Shown here one piece after another: positions 1 to 9,163 of a stretch of DNA of 31,843 bases. The notes beneath the pieces were generated by a model. The model was not told the origin of the DNA. It made no database searches and saw only the letters and a program-made list of their open reading frames with translations. Each line of letters starts with the position of its first letter. Position 1 is the stretch's first letter. The stretch is taken from NCBI GenBank assembly GCA_964507075.1, contig CAZDOL010000007.1, positions 1 to 31,843 on the forward strand, read 5' to 3'. Source of the stretch: an uncultured Gammaproteobacteria bacterium (lineage in GTDB: Bacteria; Patescibacteriota; Patescibacteriia; UBA2591; UBA6264). The translations under genes and the position numbers were made by a program.

Positions 1-991
1 CAGTAGTAGTTGTTCTCCCTCCTTCTATTTCGGTATAAGCGTCAATCATAAAAGCCAAAAAAGAACGAGCTACACCAGCAGAAGTTTCAATAATATGAGG
101 AATAAATTTTTTGTCTTTATCGACATCAGTATAGGTTAAATCTTGTCCGCTGTGCTGGCTGTGATTAGACAAATCCCAATTTCCCCTATCATGTATTCCT
201 TCTATTTCGTCCCAACCCCAAGGAAATTTGTATTCTATGTCAACGGCCTTTTGCGCGTAATGAGCTAATTCATCTGAGGAGTGCTCTCTAATTCGCAAAT
301 TCTCTTTTCTTATGCCTAAACCAATATACCAATCTTGGCGTTCTTTCTGCCAATATTCAAACCATTTCTTTTTTTCTAATTTATCTGGAGAAATAAAATA
401 TTGCATTTCCATTTGCTCAAATTCTCTAGTTTTAAAAACAAAATACCTGGGGCTAATTTCGTTGCGAAAGGCCTTGCCAATTTGCGCTATTCCAAAAGGA
501 ATTTTTAAACGCATAGAATCTTTCGTGCCCTTATAATTCATATAAATTCCCTGACAAGTTTCTCCTCTCAAAAAAGTAACTGATGCATCATTTTCTACGG
601 GACCAATAAAAGTTTTCATCATCAAATTAAATTTCCTCTCTTTGGTCAACTCTCCTCCGCAATCAGGACATTTATTTTCCTTTAAATAGTCTTTACGAAA
701 ACGATGATGGCACTTTTTGCACTCTACTAAAGCGTCACTGAATCCTGCGGTTAAATGACCAGAAGCTTTCCAAACCAAAGGAGACATTAAAATGCTAGCA
801 TCTACGCCAACCACATCCTCTCTATACTGAGTCATATTTTTCCACCAAGCTTGTTTGATATTGTTTCCCAATAAGGTTCCCAGAAAACCATAATCATAAC
901 AACTTTCAAAACCACCATACATATCAGAAGAGGGAAAAACAAACCCTCTTCTTTTGCATAAATTAACAATTTTTTCTAAGGAATTATTCAT
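1..991 (-). CDS. glyQS: Glycyl-tRNA synthetase (GlyQS type), N-terminal ~330 codons; C-terminus lies beyond the window edge
   Basis: Unbroken minus-strand frame from ATG (991-989) to position 2. My translation begins MNNSLEKIVNLCKRRGFVFPSSDMYGGFES and contains FPWGWDEIEGIHDRGNWDL and AFMIDAYTEIEGGRTTTT, typical of class II GlyRS. Missing from the ORF track because it has no stop in the window. Confidence 0.85.
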   Translation of the reverse strand, partial: MNNSLEKIVNLCKRRGFVFPSSDMYGGFESCYDYGFLGTLLGNNIKQAWWKNMTQYREDVVGVDASILMSPLVWKASGHLTAGFSDALVECKKCHHRFRKDYLKENKCPDCGGELTKERKFNLMMKTFIGPVENDASVTFLRGETCQGIYMNYKGTKDSMRLKIPFGIAQIGKAFRNEISPRYFVFKTREFEQMEMQYFISPDKLEKKKWFEYWQKERQDWYIGLGIRKENLRIREHSSDELAHYAQKAVDIEYKFPWGWDEIEGIHDRGNWDLSNHSQHSGQDLTYTDVDKDKKFIPHIIETSAGVARSFLAFMIDAYTEIEGGRTTTT

Positions 992-1277
992 TTTTGATTA
1001 AATAAAAATTAATACGCGGTATCATCTTCATTTTCAAACGTCTGTTTAACAATTTTTGCAGAAAACCTGCCATTTTACACAAAGAGCCAAACGTCTTATT
1101 TGCTTGGTCAATGGGGAAAATGCTTACCGAAACCTTTGTTGACGATAAATCAGCTGAAGTATTTACATTTGAAATTGTCACTAATGAATTTTCGGGAGCC
1201 TCAAACTCACGAACAATAATCTCACCCAATTCTCTTCTAATTAATTCATTAACTTTTTTTCGTCGCAAAAGACTCAT
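984..1277 (-). CDS. rbfA: Ribosome-binding factor A
   Basis: 97 aa. The N-terminal RRKKVNELIRRELGEII, the SVSIFP block and the MIPRINFYL tail fit RbfA. Its 3' end overlaps the glyQS start by 8 nt. Confidence 0.85.
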   Translation of the reverse strand: MSLLRRKKVNELIRRELGEIIVREFEAPENSLVTISNVNTSADLSSTKVSVSIFPIDQANKTFGSLCKMAGFLQKLLNRRLKMKMIPRINFYLIKNE

Positions 1278-1282
1278 AAAAA

Positions 1283-1945
1283 TTACAGAAGTTTGAATGT
1301 GTTAATTACTAAATTAAACTTATACCCCAAATAATCGGCTGCCTTTCGGCAATAAGCCATACGGTCAGTAAAAATCTCAAAATATTCCATAATAGGCACA
1401 AAATTAGTGTCAATTTTCAACAATAGACTAATTTGCTTCTTCGCTTTATTTACCTTCAAATCCGAACGAGTAACTGCATAATTTACCCTATTATGTTTGT
1501 CTCCCTTAATCTCTTTCATAGACTTAGAAGAAACCCTTTTTTTATGAACATCTGACTTGTCGGCCAAAACAACTAAAGCTGATATATTGTTGGTTAATTT
1601 CATAGTGTCTTTGTCGTGATTGGCAATAGCTTGCATAATTAAGGAAATTTCTTCATTGAAAAAATCATTAGCAAAAATTTGATGAAACAAAAGAGCACCC
1701 CAATAATGATGCCTAGAGCGTCCTAAAAAATTACCCATATCATGACAAAAACCAGCAATACCCGCTAATTCTTGTTCTTTTTCTTTAAGACCCATTTCTT
1801 TGGCTATTCTTTTTGCTTCTTTAGAAACTAAATTGCTATGACGAAACCCGTGTTCAGTATAACCCAAAGCCTGTGTAGATAAATCGCTTTGTTTGATAAA
1901 TTCTAAAACTTGAGAATTATTTTTAATTTCTCGTAAATTTAACAT
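1283..1945 (-). CDS. HD-domain phosphohydrolase
   Basis: 220 aa with H..HD metal-binding signature (HGFRHS ... GFCHDMGN ... ANHD). Confidence 0.7.
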   Translation of the reverse strand: MLNLREIKNNSQVLEFIKQSDLSTQALGYTEHGFRHSNLVSKEAKRIAKEMGLKEKEQELAGIAGFCHDMGNFLGRSRHHYWGALLFHQIFANDFFNEEISLIMQAIANHDKDTMKLTNNISALVVLADKSDVHKKRVSSKSMKEIKGDKHNRVNYAVTRSDLKVNKAKKQISLLLKIDTNFVPIMEYFEIFTDRMAYCRKAADYLGYKFNLVINTFKLL

Positions 1946-2020
1946 AAAATTAAATATTTAATTTCGTATTATGAGCTATCATCTTAATTCAATTATATCT
2001 GAAAATTAAAAAATGTAAAG

Positions 2021-2055
2021 CAAAACAAAAAACTGTTGAAGTCCAACCTCAACAG
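2021..2055 (-). terminator. Rho-independent terminator downstream of tRNA-Glu
   Basis: On the minus strand CTGTTGA-GGTTGGACT-TCAACAG (7-bp stem, 2033-2055) is followed by TTTTTTGTTTTG. Confidence 0.5.
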
Positions 2056-2113
2056 ACACAAATTTCGTTACAACATAATATAATGTTTCAATATTCCCAT
2101 GTTCTGTGCTGTA

Positions 2114-2188
2114 TGGTAGCGCGTAGGGGAATCGAACCCCTGTTACCAGGATGAAAACCTGGCGTCCTAACCACTAGACGAACGCGCC
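2114..2188 (-). tRNA. tRNA-Glu (anticodon UUC), CCA encoded
   Basis: Minus strand GGCGCGT TC GTCT AGTGGTTA GGAC G CCAGG TTTTCAT CCTGG TAAC AGGGG TTCGATT CCCCT ACGCGCT A CCA. Cloverleaf folded by hand; closely resembles bacterial tRNA-Glu. Position 1-72 is a G-U pair. Confidence 0.9.
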
Positions 2189-2196
2189 ATCATTCA

Positions 2197-2224
2197 ATAA
2201 TAACAAAATATTTTAAAATGTCAA
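2197..2224 (-). promoter_or_regulatory. Sigma70-like promoter for tRNA-Glu
   Basis: Minus strand TTGACA (2224-2219), 16-nt spacer, TATTAT (2202-2197), about 8 nt before the tRNA 5' end. Confidence 0.4.
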
Positions 2225-2232
2225 AATTCCAT

Positions 2233-2255
2233 TGGTTGACCCCTGGGGTCAACCA
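2233..2255 (-). terminator. Hairpin immediately after the tgt stop
   Basis: TGGTTGACCCC-T-GGGGTCAACCA, a near-perfect 10-11 bp palindrome. The downstream T-tract on the minus strand is weak (AATGGAATTTT). Confidence 0.45.
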
Positions 2256-2263
2256 TTAAATTT

Positions 2264-3373
2264 TTATAGTTTGGAGTCAGTAATCATACTTCTAATGTCT
2301 TTCATTAGGTCTAGGTAAAAAGCAAGGTTGTGAATCGTTGCTAATGTTTTACCTAATTGTTCTTTTGCCATAAATAAATGCCTAATATATGCTCTGGAAA
2401 AATTCTGACAAGCATAACAAGAACAATTTGAATCTAATGGTTTAAAATCATTTTTATACTTAGCGTTAGTTATATGTATTTTCTTATAAAAATTTGTTGA
2501 TAACCGACCCGACGGGTCAATTTTGTTAGACCTTGTGTACAATAAACCGTGACGAGCGTTACGAGTTGGAATTACGCAATCAAACATATCAACTCCCATT
2601 TTAACTGCCTCAACAATCTGTTCTGGTTTACCAGCACCCATCAAATAACGAGGTTTGTTCAATGGCAATTCTTGAATAGCAGATTGAATCGCCCCATATG
2701 TTTCTTTAATAGGTTCTCCCAATGTTAGTCCTCCAATAGCATATCCATTGAAGCCAATTTTAATAAGTTCTTTCGCGCTTTTGGCACGTAAATCTTTATA
2801 AACTGAACCCTGAACAATGCCGAAAAGCATCCTATTAATATTTTGCCTTTTATGGGCATTTTTACAAAGCTTTGCCCAAGCAGACGTCCTATCCACTGCT
2901 TTTTGCGTTTCAATTTTGGTGCAAGGCCACTTAACACATTCGTCCAAACACATTATTATATCTGACCCTAAAACATTTTGAATTTTGATAGCTTGAGCTG
3001 GTGATAGAAAAATACTTTTGCCATCAATTTCTGATTGAAATTCTACACCCTTATCACTAACCTTTCGTTTTTTAGATAGAGAAAATACTTGATAACCACC
3101 ACTATCTGTTAATATGGGACCTTTCCAACCCATAAAATTATGCAGTCCCTTGGCTTTCTTAATGGTGTTAAGTCCTGGACGTAAGAATAAATGATATGTA
3201 TTAGAAAGGAGAATTTGAGCACCCAAATTTTTTATTTGGGAAATAGTTAATCCCTTCACCGTAGCTTGAGTGGCAATAGGCATAAAAAACGGGGTATTTA
3301 TAATCCCATGTTTTGTTTTTAGCTTCCCTGAACGCGCTTGAGAAATATTAGATTTTTTGATTAACTTAAACAT
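2264..3373 (-). CDS. tgt: Queuine tRNA-ribosyltransferase (tRNA-guanine transglycosylase)
   Basis: 369 aa; TPFFMPIATQATVKG, LLSNTYHL, LTDSGGYQVFSL, the Zn site CSCYAC..H and the MFDCVIPTRNARHG motif. Confidence 0.92.
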   Translation of the reverse strand: MFKLIKKSNISQARSGKLKTKHGIINTPFFMPIATQATVKGLTISQIKNLGAQILLSNTYHLFLRPGLNTIKKAKGLHNFMGWKGPILTDSGGYQVFSLSKKRKVSDKGVEFQSEIDGKSIFLSPAQAIKIQNVLGSDIIMCLDECVKWPCTKIETQKAVDRTSAWAKLCKNAHKRQNINRMLFGIVQGSVYKDLRAKSAKELIKIGFNGYAIGGLTLGEPIKETYGAIQSAIQELPLNKPRYLMGAGKPEQIVEAVKMGVDMFDCVIPTRNARHGLLYTRSNKIDPSGRLSTNFYKKIHITNAKYKNDFKPLDSNCSCYACQNFSRAYIRHLFMAKEQLGKTLATIHNLAFYLDLMKDIRSMITDSKL

Positions 3374-3468
3374 ATATGTTAGTTAATTGGGTACATAGGG
3401 ATTGGTTAATTAGGATTTATTAAAATATTTTTTACCCGATTGCCCGAGCACCCATGTACCTGATCACC
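3374..3468 (-). repeat. Intergenic arm/leader module (copy 1, upstream of tgt)
   Basis: Read on the minus strand: GGGTGATCAGGTACATGGGTGCTCGGGCAATCGGGTAAAAAATATTTTAATAAATCCTAATTAACCAATCCCTATGTACCCAATTAACTAACATAT-ATG. A G-rich arm is followed by an A/T stretch and a nearly G-free leader. Confidence 0.6.
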
Positions 3469-4189
3469 CAACCTGCCACTTTAAAAATTGATTAACTAAT
3501 TCCCATATTTTCAAAAATTCTTGTTTTTTGATACTAAATTTTTCTAAATAACTAAAATCTTTATAAAGAAAAATTCGTAGAATTTGTAAACAATCTAAAC
3601 TAATTTCCATTCTATCGCCGTTTAAAACTGGAGGTAATTTATGTTGAGAGCAAATAATGCTTCCTTTGTTTAAATCAAAAAAGACTTGCTTTGTGGAAGG
3701 ACTTTTCTGGCAAATTGAACAATGCTTTAGTTCAGGACAATAACCAGAGAAAGCCAAAAGTTTAATTAAAAAAGCAGCCGATAGAGGCAACGCTTTTTTT
3801 ATGGGCAACCTATCTATATGGCGTAAAAATTCTAGAATTAAAGCCAAAATCTTCTCATCAGTTTTTTGAAATTTAAGCAATTCATCAACTTTCTTCAAAA
3901 TGTTATTAAGCAATAGAATCTTCTGATAATCCTTAATCAATCCTTCAAATTTTTCCTGAGTTTTTCCATCAATCAAACGATAGAAATTCTTTCCTTTAAT
4001 TACAACTAAATCTAAAAAAGAAAAACGGGCGGAGATTATAGGATTTAATTTACTACTAATCTTGCGAGCTCCTCGCACCAAAACTTCAACCTTGCCCTTC
4101 TCTTGACTATAAAATGTTATAAATTTATCATTCTCCTTGACGTTTCGCTCTCCAAGAATAACTCCTAATAGATGATTCGAAATAGGCAT
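3464..4189 (-). CDS. recO: DNA repair protein RecO
   Basis: 241 aa with an N-terminal OB-fold-like region and a Cys cluster (CPELKHCSIC ... CSQH) typical of RecO. Confidence 0.8.
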   Translation of the reverse strand: MPISNHLLGVILGERNVKENDKFITFYSQEKGKVEVLVRGARKISSKLNPIISARFSFLDLVVIKGKNFYRLIDGKTQEKFEGLIKDYQKILLLNNILKKVDELLKFQKTDEKILALILEFLRHIDRLPIKKALPLSAAFLIKLLAFSGYCPELKHCSICQKSPSTKQVFFDLNKGSIICSQHKLPPVLNGDRMEISLDCLQILRIFLYKDFSYLEKFSIKKQEFLKIWELVNQFLKWQVG

Positions 4190-4214
4190 AAATAGAAGAA
4201 TCTTTAACTCTAAA

Positions 4215-7154
4215 TTATTGACTCAGTGTTAAAATAATATTAATTCCATTTAGGGAAACCTCTTCTTGAATCAAAACCTTGCCTGGCGGTCCTTTGATTA
4301 TAATGTCTTTACTGCCTGTTTGAGATTTCAAAAATTCTTTTTTATTTTGAATCATCTTTTCTAAACCTTCCTTGGTTTCAGAACAATAAAGATTAACTAA
4401 ATCATCTTTTGTTAGTTGGGCTTTTTTGCGTAGAGAATTTACTGCCCTAACCAATTCCCGACAATTTCCCTCTTCTTTTAAAACAGGAGTTATCTCTGTA
4501 TTTAAATATATTTCTATATCTCCTTCTTTTATCTTCTCCCAATTATCTCCTTGGGGGAAATTTTCAATGGATTCAACTTCTTTGATATTTAATTCATCTT
4601 TAATCAACTCTATTAAATCAATTGGGAGTCTGACTCCTAAAACATTTAATTTACTTAAAGGTTGACGGACTTTTATTTTTGTTTGTGCCCTTAGGTTATG
4701 TCCTAATTCGCAAATCTTTCTGACTATTCGCATTTCAGATAACAATTTCTCATCAATTAAGCTTTCGTCAAATAATGGCCAACTTTGCAAATGAACAGAT
4801 TCTTGTTTTCCATCCACCTCTTGATATATATATTCAGCTAAAAATGGCATAAAGGGAGCCATTGTCCTACTTAGATGAAACAAGGTTCTCCTTAATGTTT
4901 TTAAAGCTTTTATTTTATCGTCCTGACCACCATCTCTAAATCTATTTCTTGACCTTCTAATATACCATGCAGATAAATCGTTAATAAAAATTGGTATCTC
5001 CCTAACTGCATTTAAGTCATAACTATCCATTTTCTGGGTAACACTTTTAACCAATAGATTAAGCCTACTTGTAATCCATTTATCAAGAACATTAGTGATG
5101 TCTTTATCTTTGTCTACATTTTCCACTTTAATATCTCCTCTAAACATTTGATAAAAGGTGTGAACATTTATCAAAGTAAGAAAAAATCTATATTGTTCTT
5201 TTAAATCTTTCTCTGAAAAACTCAAATCTTCAGCCTTCATTGCTGCCGAACTAGACAAATAGTACCTCATTGCATCAGCTCCATATTTTTCCATTATTTC
5301 CATAGGGTCTGGATAATTATCCAAATGCTTTGACATTTTCTTCCCATCTTCTGCCAAAACCATCCCATTAGCTACAACATTTTTGAAACAATTAGTTTTT
5401 TTAAGAGCAGTCGCCAAAACATGAAGATAATAGAACCATGTTCTTGCCTGGTCAACTCCTTCCGCAATAAATTGAGCTGGAAAATTCTTTTCAAACTTTT
5501 CTTTATTTTCAAATGGATAATGCATCTGAGCATAGGGCATTGAACCTGACTCAAACCAACAATCCAAAACATCCGGAATTCTTCTCATTATTCCATCGCA
5601 CTTCTCGCATTTAAAAGTAATCTTGTCTACAAAATGTTTATGCAAATCATCAATTTTTTCTCCAGAAACCTTTTCTAACCCTTGAACTGAACCAAAAACT
5701 CTTTTTTCCTCACATTTATCACAAACCCAAAGAGGTATAACAGAACCCCAAAATCTTTGTCTGGAAATTGACCAATCTCTAGCCCCTTCTAACCACTTGC
5801 CGAACCTGCCGTTTTTGATGTGACCAGGAATCCAATTGATTTCTTTAGCTGTTTCTATTGCCTGTTCCTTGATTTTAATTACATTAACAAACAAAGAAGA
5901 AGTGGCATAATTTAGTAAGGGTGAACCGCAACGCCAACAATGAGGATAAGAATGTTCGTATTCTTCTTTACTAAACAAAAAATTTTTCTCTTCTAAATAT
6001 TTAATTATTTTTTTGTCTGTTTGTTGAGAATCCTGTTTTGGCCGCACCTCTTGGCCTTTAAAATCTATAACATCATCGGTAAAATGTCCGTCCATCTTAA
6101 CGTGTTGGATAAATGGCAATTGTTTCTCATTTCCCAAACTCATATCATCTTCTCCAAAAGCGGGGGCAATATGAACAATGCCAGTGCCATCTTCTCCTGT
6201 AACAAAATCAGCTAATTGAATGGTGTATAAATTTTCTTTATTTTCTATATCTTTTTTGGAGTAGTAATTAAATAATGGTTTGTATTTTTTGCCTTCCAAT
6301 TCTTTGAAATTAACTTCTTTCAAAACCTTATACTTCCTGTATTTAAACACACTTTCTAAATTCCCTTCAATACATATAAACTTTTCTTTTCCTGATTCAA
6401 CCAAAACATATTTTAAATTTTCTCCCAAAGCTAAAGCAACATTGCCCGGCAAGGTCCATGGAGTGGTTGTCCAAGCTAACATATAAGTTCCTGGTTCGTC
6501 CTCTAACTCAAATTTTACAGTTACAGCTAAATCTTTAACATCTAAATATCCTTGACTTACTTCTGATTGAGAAAGGGTTGTTTCGCATCTTGGGCAAATA
6601 TGCATTGATTTATAACTTTCATAAATTAATCCTTTGTCCCACAATTCTTTAAATACCCACCAGATACTTTCCATATAATCTTTGTCCATTGTCTTGTAAT
6701 CATTATCCATATCCACCCAACGGCCAAAACGATGAATAATTTTTCTCCATTCTTCTGCATACACAAGAACTTTGCTCCGACAGGTTTCATTAAACTTATG
6801 AATACCCAATTCTTCAATCTGTTTTTTATTTTTTATTTTCATCTCTTCTTCAACAATATTCTCAACTGGTAAACCATGACAATCCCATCCCCATTTTCTT
6901 TCAACATGATATCCTTTCATTGTCCAATAACGAGGAACAATATCTTTCATTAAACCAGCGACCAAATGTCCATAATGAGGAGTGCCAGTAGCAAAAGGAG
7001 GGCCATCATAAAAAACAAAATCCTTGTCCGCCGTAGCTTTAGCGAAGGAGGAGCCCTGAGGAGATTTTTTTCTCAAAGATTTTTCAAAAGTCTTGTCTTT
7101 ATCCCAAAACTTTAATATTTCTTTTTCTTTTTCGGCAAAATTAAATTGAGGCAT
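4215..7154 (-). CDS. ileS: Isoleucyl-tRNA synthetase (type 2, eukaryote-like)
   Basis: 979 aa; PPFATGTPHYGH (HIGH), KMSKHL (KMSKS), CP1 editing region and Zn-finger cysteines. Confidence 0.95.
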   Translation of the reverse strand: MPQFNFAEKEKEILKFWDKDKTFEKSLRKKSPQGSSFAKATADKDFVFYDGPPFATGTPHYGHLVAGLMKDIVPRYWTMKGYHVERKWGWDCHGLPVENIVEEEMKIKNKKQIEELGIHKFNETCRSKVLVYAEEWRKIIHRFGRWVDMDNDYKTMDKDYMESIWWVFKELWDKGLIYESYKSMHICPRCETTLSQSEVSQGYLDVKDLAVTVKFELEDEPGTYMLAWTTTPWTLPGNVALALGENLKYVLVESGKEKFICIEGNLESVFKYRKYKVLKEVNFKELEGKKYKPLFNYYSKKDIENKENLYTIQLADFVTGEDGTGIVHIAPAFGEDDMSLGNEKQLPFIQHVKMDGHFTDDVIDFKGQEVRPKQDSQQTDKKIIKYLEEKNFLFSKEEYEHSYPHCWRCGSPLLNYATSSLFVNVIKIKEQAIETAKEINWIPGHIKNGRFGKWLEGARDWSISRQRFWGSVIPLWVCDKCEEKRVFGSVQGLEKVSGEKIDDLHKHFVDKITFKCEKCDGIMRRIPDVLDCWFESGSMPYAQMHYPFENKEKFEKNFPAQFIAEGVDQARTWFYYLHVLATALKKTNCFKNVVANGMVLAEDGKKMSKHLDNYPDPMEIMEKYGADAMRYYLSSSAAMKAEDLSFSEKDLKEQYRFFLTLINVHTFYQMFRGDIKVENVDKDKDITNVLDKWITSRLNLLVKSVTQKMDSYDLNAVREIPIFINDLSAWYIRRSRNRFRDGGQDDKIKALKTLRRTLFHLSRTMAPFMPFLAEYIYQEVDGKQESVHLQSWPLFDESLIDEKLLSEMRIVRKICELGHNLRAQTKIKVRQPLSKLNVLGVRLPIDLIELIKDELNIKEVESIENFPQGDNWEKIKEGDIEIYLNTEITPVLKEEGNCRELVRAVNSLRKKAQLTKDDLVNLYCSETKEGLEKMIQNKKEFLKSQTGSKDIIIKGPPGKVLIQEEVSLNGINIILTLSQ
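7027..7052 (-). repeat. GC-rich hairpin repeat (minimal form) embedded in-frame in ileS
   Basis: TCCGCCGTAGCTTTAGCGAAGGAGGA is 25/26 identical, by my manual comparison, to the intergenic copy at 16363-16388. It encodes GSSFAKATA just before the conserved FVFYDGPPFATG block. Confidence 0.7.
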
Positions 7155-7227
7155 AAAATTTGTCTAAAAAAAATTATATACTAATATTATACAGATAATA
7201 AGCAGATAAGCAAAAATGAATAATTTT

Positions 7228-8670
7228 TTAGGGCAGAGGAACAAAATTAGTGTTCAAAAAATCAAATTGTTGCATTAGGGGAGTGTCAGTAAATTTATCC
7301 TTAGCTGTTAAAAAAATATCCCCTGTTAGAATTATTTTTGAATCCGCATCTTCTAATTTGGGAATAACTGCTACTTCAAAATTCGCCTCCAATAAAGGTG
7401 AGGGATAAAAACCCTGATAAGCCGACAATTCTGGAATTTCCCAAATTATCTCTCTGTTTAATTCATTATAAGATAGAATTCCTTCGGAACTTTCTGATTG
7501 ATTAGTCCATTCAATATAAACTGGCAATTTTGTTTTAATAACAACATCTTGAACCGTATTACTACCATTTTTCAAATTCCAAATAACTCGATAAAAACTT
7601 TTCTCATTGACACTCAAGAGTGGTAGCTCTCCTCTTTTCAGTTCCTGTCCGATATAATCATAATATCCCAAATCTACGTTTAAATTTAAATCAGTGGCAA
7701 TCTTTAAATTTATTTTAGAACTTTGAGCAATTATGCCCTCGTAATTCCCTAAGTCTCCACGAGCAAAAATTTGAATTTCGCTTTCTGCTTGAATAAATCT
7801 ATTTTCTTGAGCCTGGGAAACAGAAACTAAAGGTAAATAAAAAACAATTGCTCCTTGGTCTGCCGGTTTAATTTCTACTAAATTAGATATTAATCTTGAA
7901 TCCCATCCCTTTGACATTAAATCAAAAGATTGTCTGGACTTAAGGTAAGGAAGTGAAGTTTGATAATCTGTGCTAAGATAATAATACCAAAAATTTTTCT
8001 CTAAATCATTTAAGTCAAAATATTGATTCTTGTCTAGAGAAATGTTTATCTTTAAATCCTTAATCTCCTTGTCGCTGTTATTTTCATAAACTAAAGTCAA
8101 GGGCAATAATTCTCCCCAATTATAACTAATAGCTGGAATTTTTAAGTTAATATTAAGAGGAAATGGCTCTACTTGCAAATAATCAGAAAAATAATCCTGA
8201 AATTCTGAAGAAAAACCTTCCAGATTAAAATATAAAGATCCCTCTACTAAAGAGTTATAATCAGCTTCTCCCGAAAATACACCCTTTATTCTAATCTCCT
8301 GTAAAGTTTTGCTTTTTATTTCTTTCCAATGCCAAACATAGTGATTAGTTGAATTTTTCTTATAACCAAAAACATCTGAACTAATAGAAAAGCCAGGCGG
8401 GAAAGATAAAGATACTTCTACCTGATTCAAGTCGCATGACTCTGAATTGCGAATAAATATAAAAAAAACACATTCTTCTCCCACATGACAATCTGATGAA
8501 CCATGAAGCCAGAAGTCAACGTCTTTGTCATCTGTATCTATATTGTCGGCTTGGTTAGAATAATAAAAGCTAACCAAACTAACAACTAATATTAAAAACA
8601 AGAAAACAAAAACAAGGCTCAAAAGACTTGATGCCATGCTTTTGTGTTGGAATTTCATTTTATAATTCAA
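7228..8670 (-). CDS. Hypothetical membrane-anchored, probably extracytoplasmic protein
   Basis: 480 aa with one N-terminal TM helix (LLSLVFVFLFLILVVSLVSFYY) and a beta-rich remainder. I recognise no motif. Confidence 0.6.
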   Translation of the reverse strand: MNYKMKFQHKSMASSLLSLVFVFLFLILVVSLVSFYYSNQADNIDTDDKDVDFWLHGSSDCHVGEECVFFIFIRNSESCDLNQVEVSLSFPPGFSISSDVFGYKKNSTNHYVWHWKEIKSKTLQEIRIKGVFSGEADYNSLVEGSLYFNLEGFSSEFQDYFSDYLQVEPFPLNINLKIPAISYNWGELLPLTLVYENNSDKEIKDLKINISLDKNQYFDLNDLEKNFWYYYLSTDYQTSLPYLKSRQSFDLMSKGWDSRLISNLVEIKPADQGAIVFYLPLVSVSQAQENRFIQAESEIQIFARGDLGNYEGIIAQSSKINLKIATDLNLNVDLGYYDYIGQELKRGELPLLSVNEKSFYRVIWNLKNGSNTVQDVVIKTKLPVYIEWTNQSESSEGILSYNELNREIIWEIPELSAYQGFYPSPLLEANFEVAVIPKLEDADSKIILTGDIFLTAKDKFTDTPLMQQFDFLNTNFVPLP

Positions 8671-8679
8671 TCAAAATAA

Positions 8680-9144
8680 CTATTGGCTTAACTGTTGTTC
8701 TATGGAAGTAACGACCGAAGAATTTGCTTTTAATTTCTCTATAAAGAGAACATGGTCCTTATTTATTCTCATAGAATCTTCTGGTCCATGCATTTCGTCA
8801 CCTACATTCATTAAAGAAAGTTGTTGTTGGGCTACTTCTCCTTCATCAACAGGTGGCACTTCTTGAACCTGCAAATAGTAAACATTATTTAATGTTATAA
8901 ACTCTGCATTCTCTGTTTTTATCTTGCCAAAATAAGTTCGACCATTAGTCAAAAAAACGGCTGACCAAGAAGAAGTGGATGTTTGATTCATTGCCGGTTC
9001 CAGAAAAACAAAGGTCAATGCAATGACCAAAACAATAAGAACAATGACACCAACAACTAAAACAACTAAGCCATGTTTCTTTCCTCGAGAAGATGGAAAA
9101 GAATCAGAATTTGCGAATTTTGATTTTACTTCACTCATAATCAA
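8680..9144 (-). CDS. Hypothetical single-pass membrane protein
   Basis: 154 aa; TM helix GLVVLVVGVIVLIVLVIALTFVFL. Lies 9 nt upstream of the next gene in the same orientation. Confidence 0.55.
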   Translation of the reverse strand: MIMSEVKSKFANSDSFPSSRGKKHGLVVLVVGVIVLIVLVIALTFVFLEPAMNQTSTSSWSAVFLTNGRTYFGKIKTENAEFITLNNVYYLQVQEVPPVDEGEVAQQQLSLMNVGDEMHGPEDSMRINKDHVLFIEKLKANSSVVTSIEQQLSQ

Positions 9145-9163
9145 TAATTTAAAAGTTATAAAA

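Noticed and set aside
181-230. TTTCGTCCCAACCCCAAGG inside glyQS resembles the GAAATCGTCC-C-rich 3' end motif
   Set aside because: It is the antisense of the conserved GlyRS peptide PWGWDEIEG, so the similarity is most simply coincidental coding sequence.
312-536. Short ORFs antisense or out of frame inside large conserved genes (for example 312-536, 1111-1296, 2725-2937, 4426-4665, 13214-13522, 14244-14465, 14865-15179, 22149-22361, 24915-25205, 26165-26579, 27393-27620, 30889-31184)
   Set aside because: Each lies within a confidently identified CDS on the other strand or in another frame. AT-rich genomes generate many such spurious frames.
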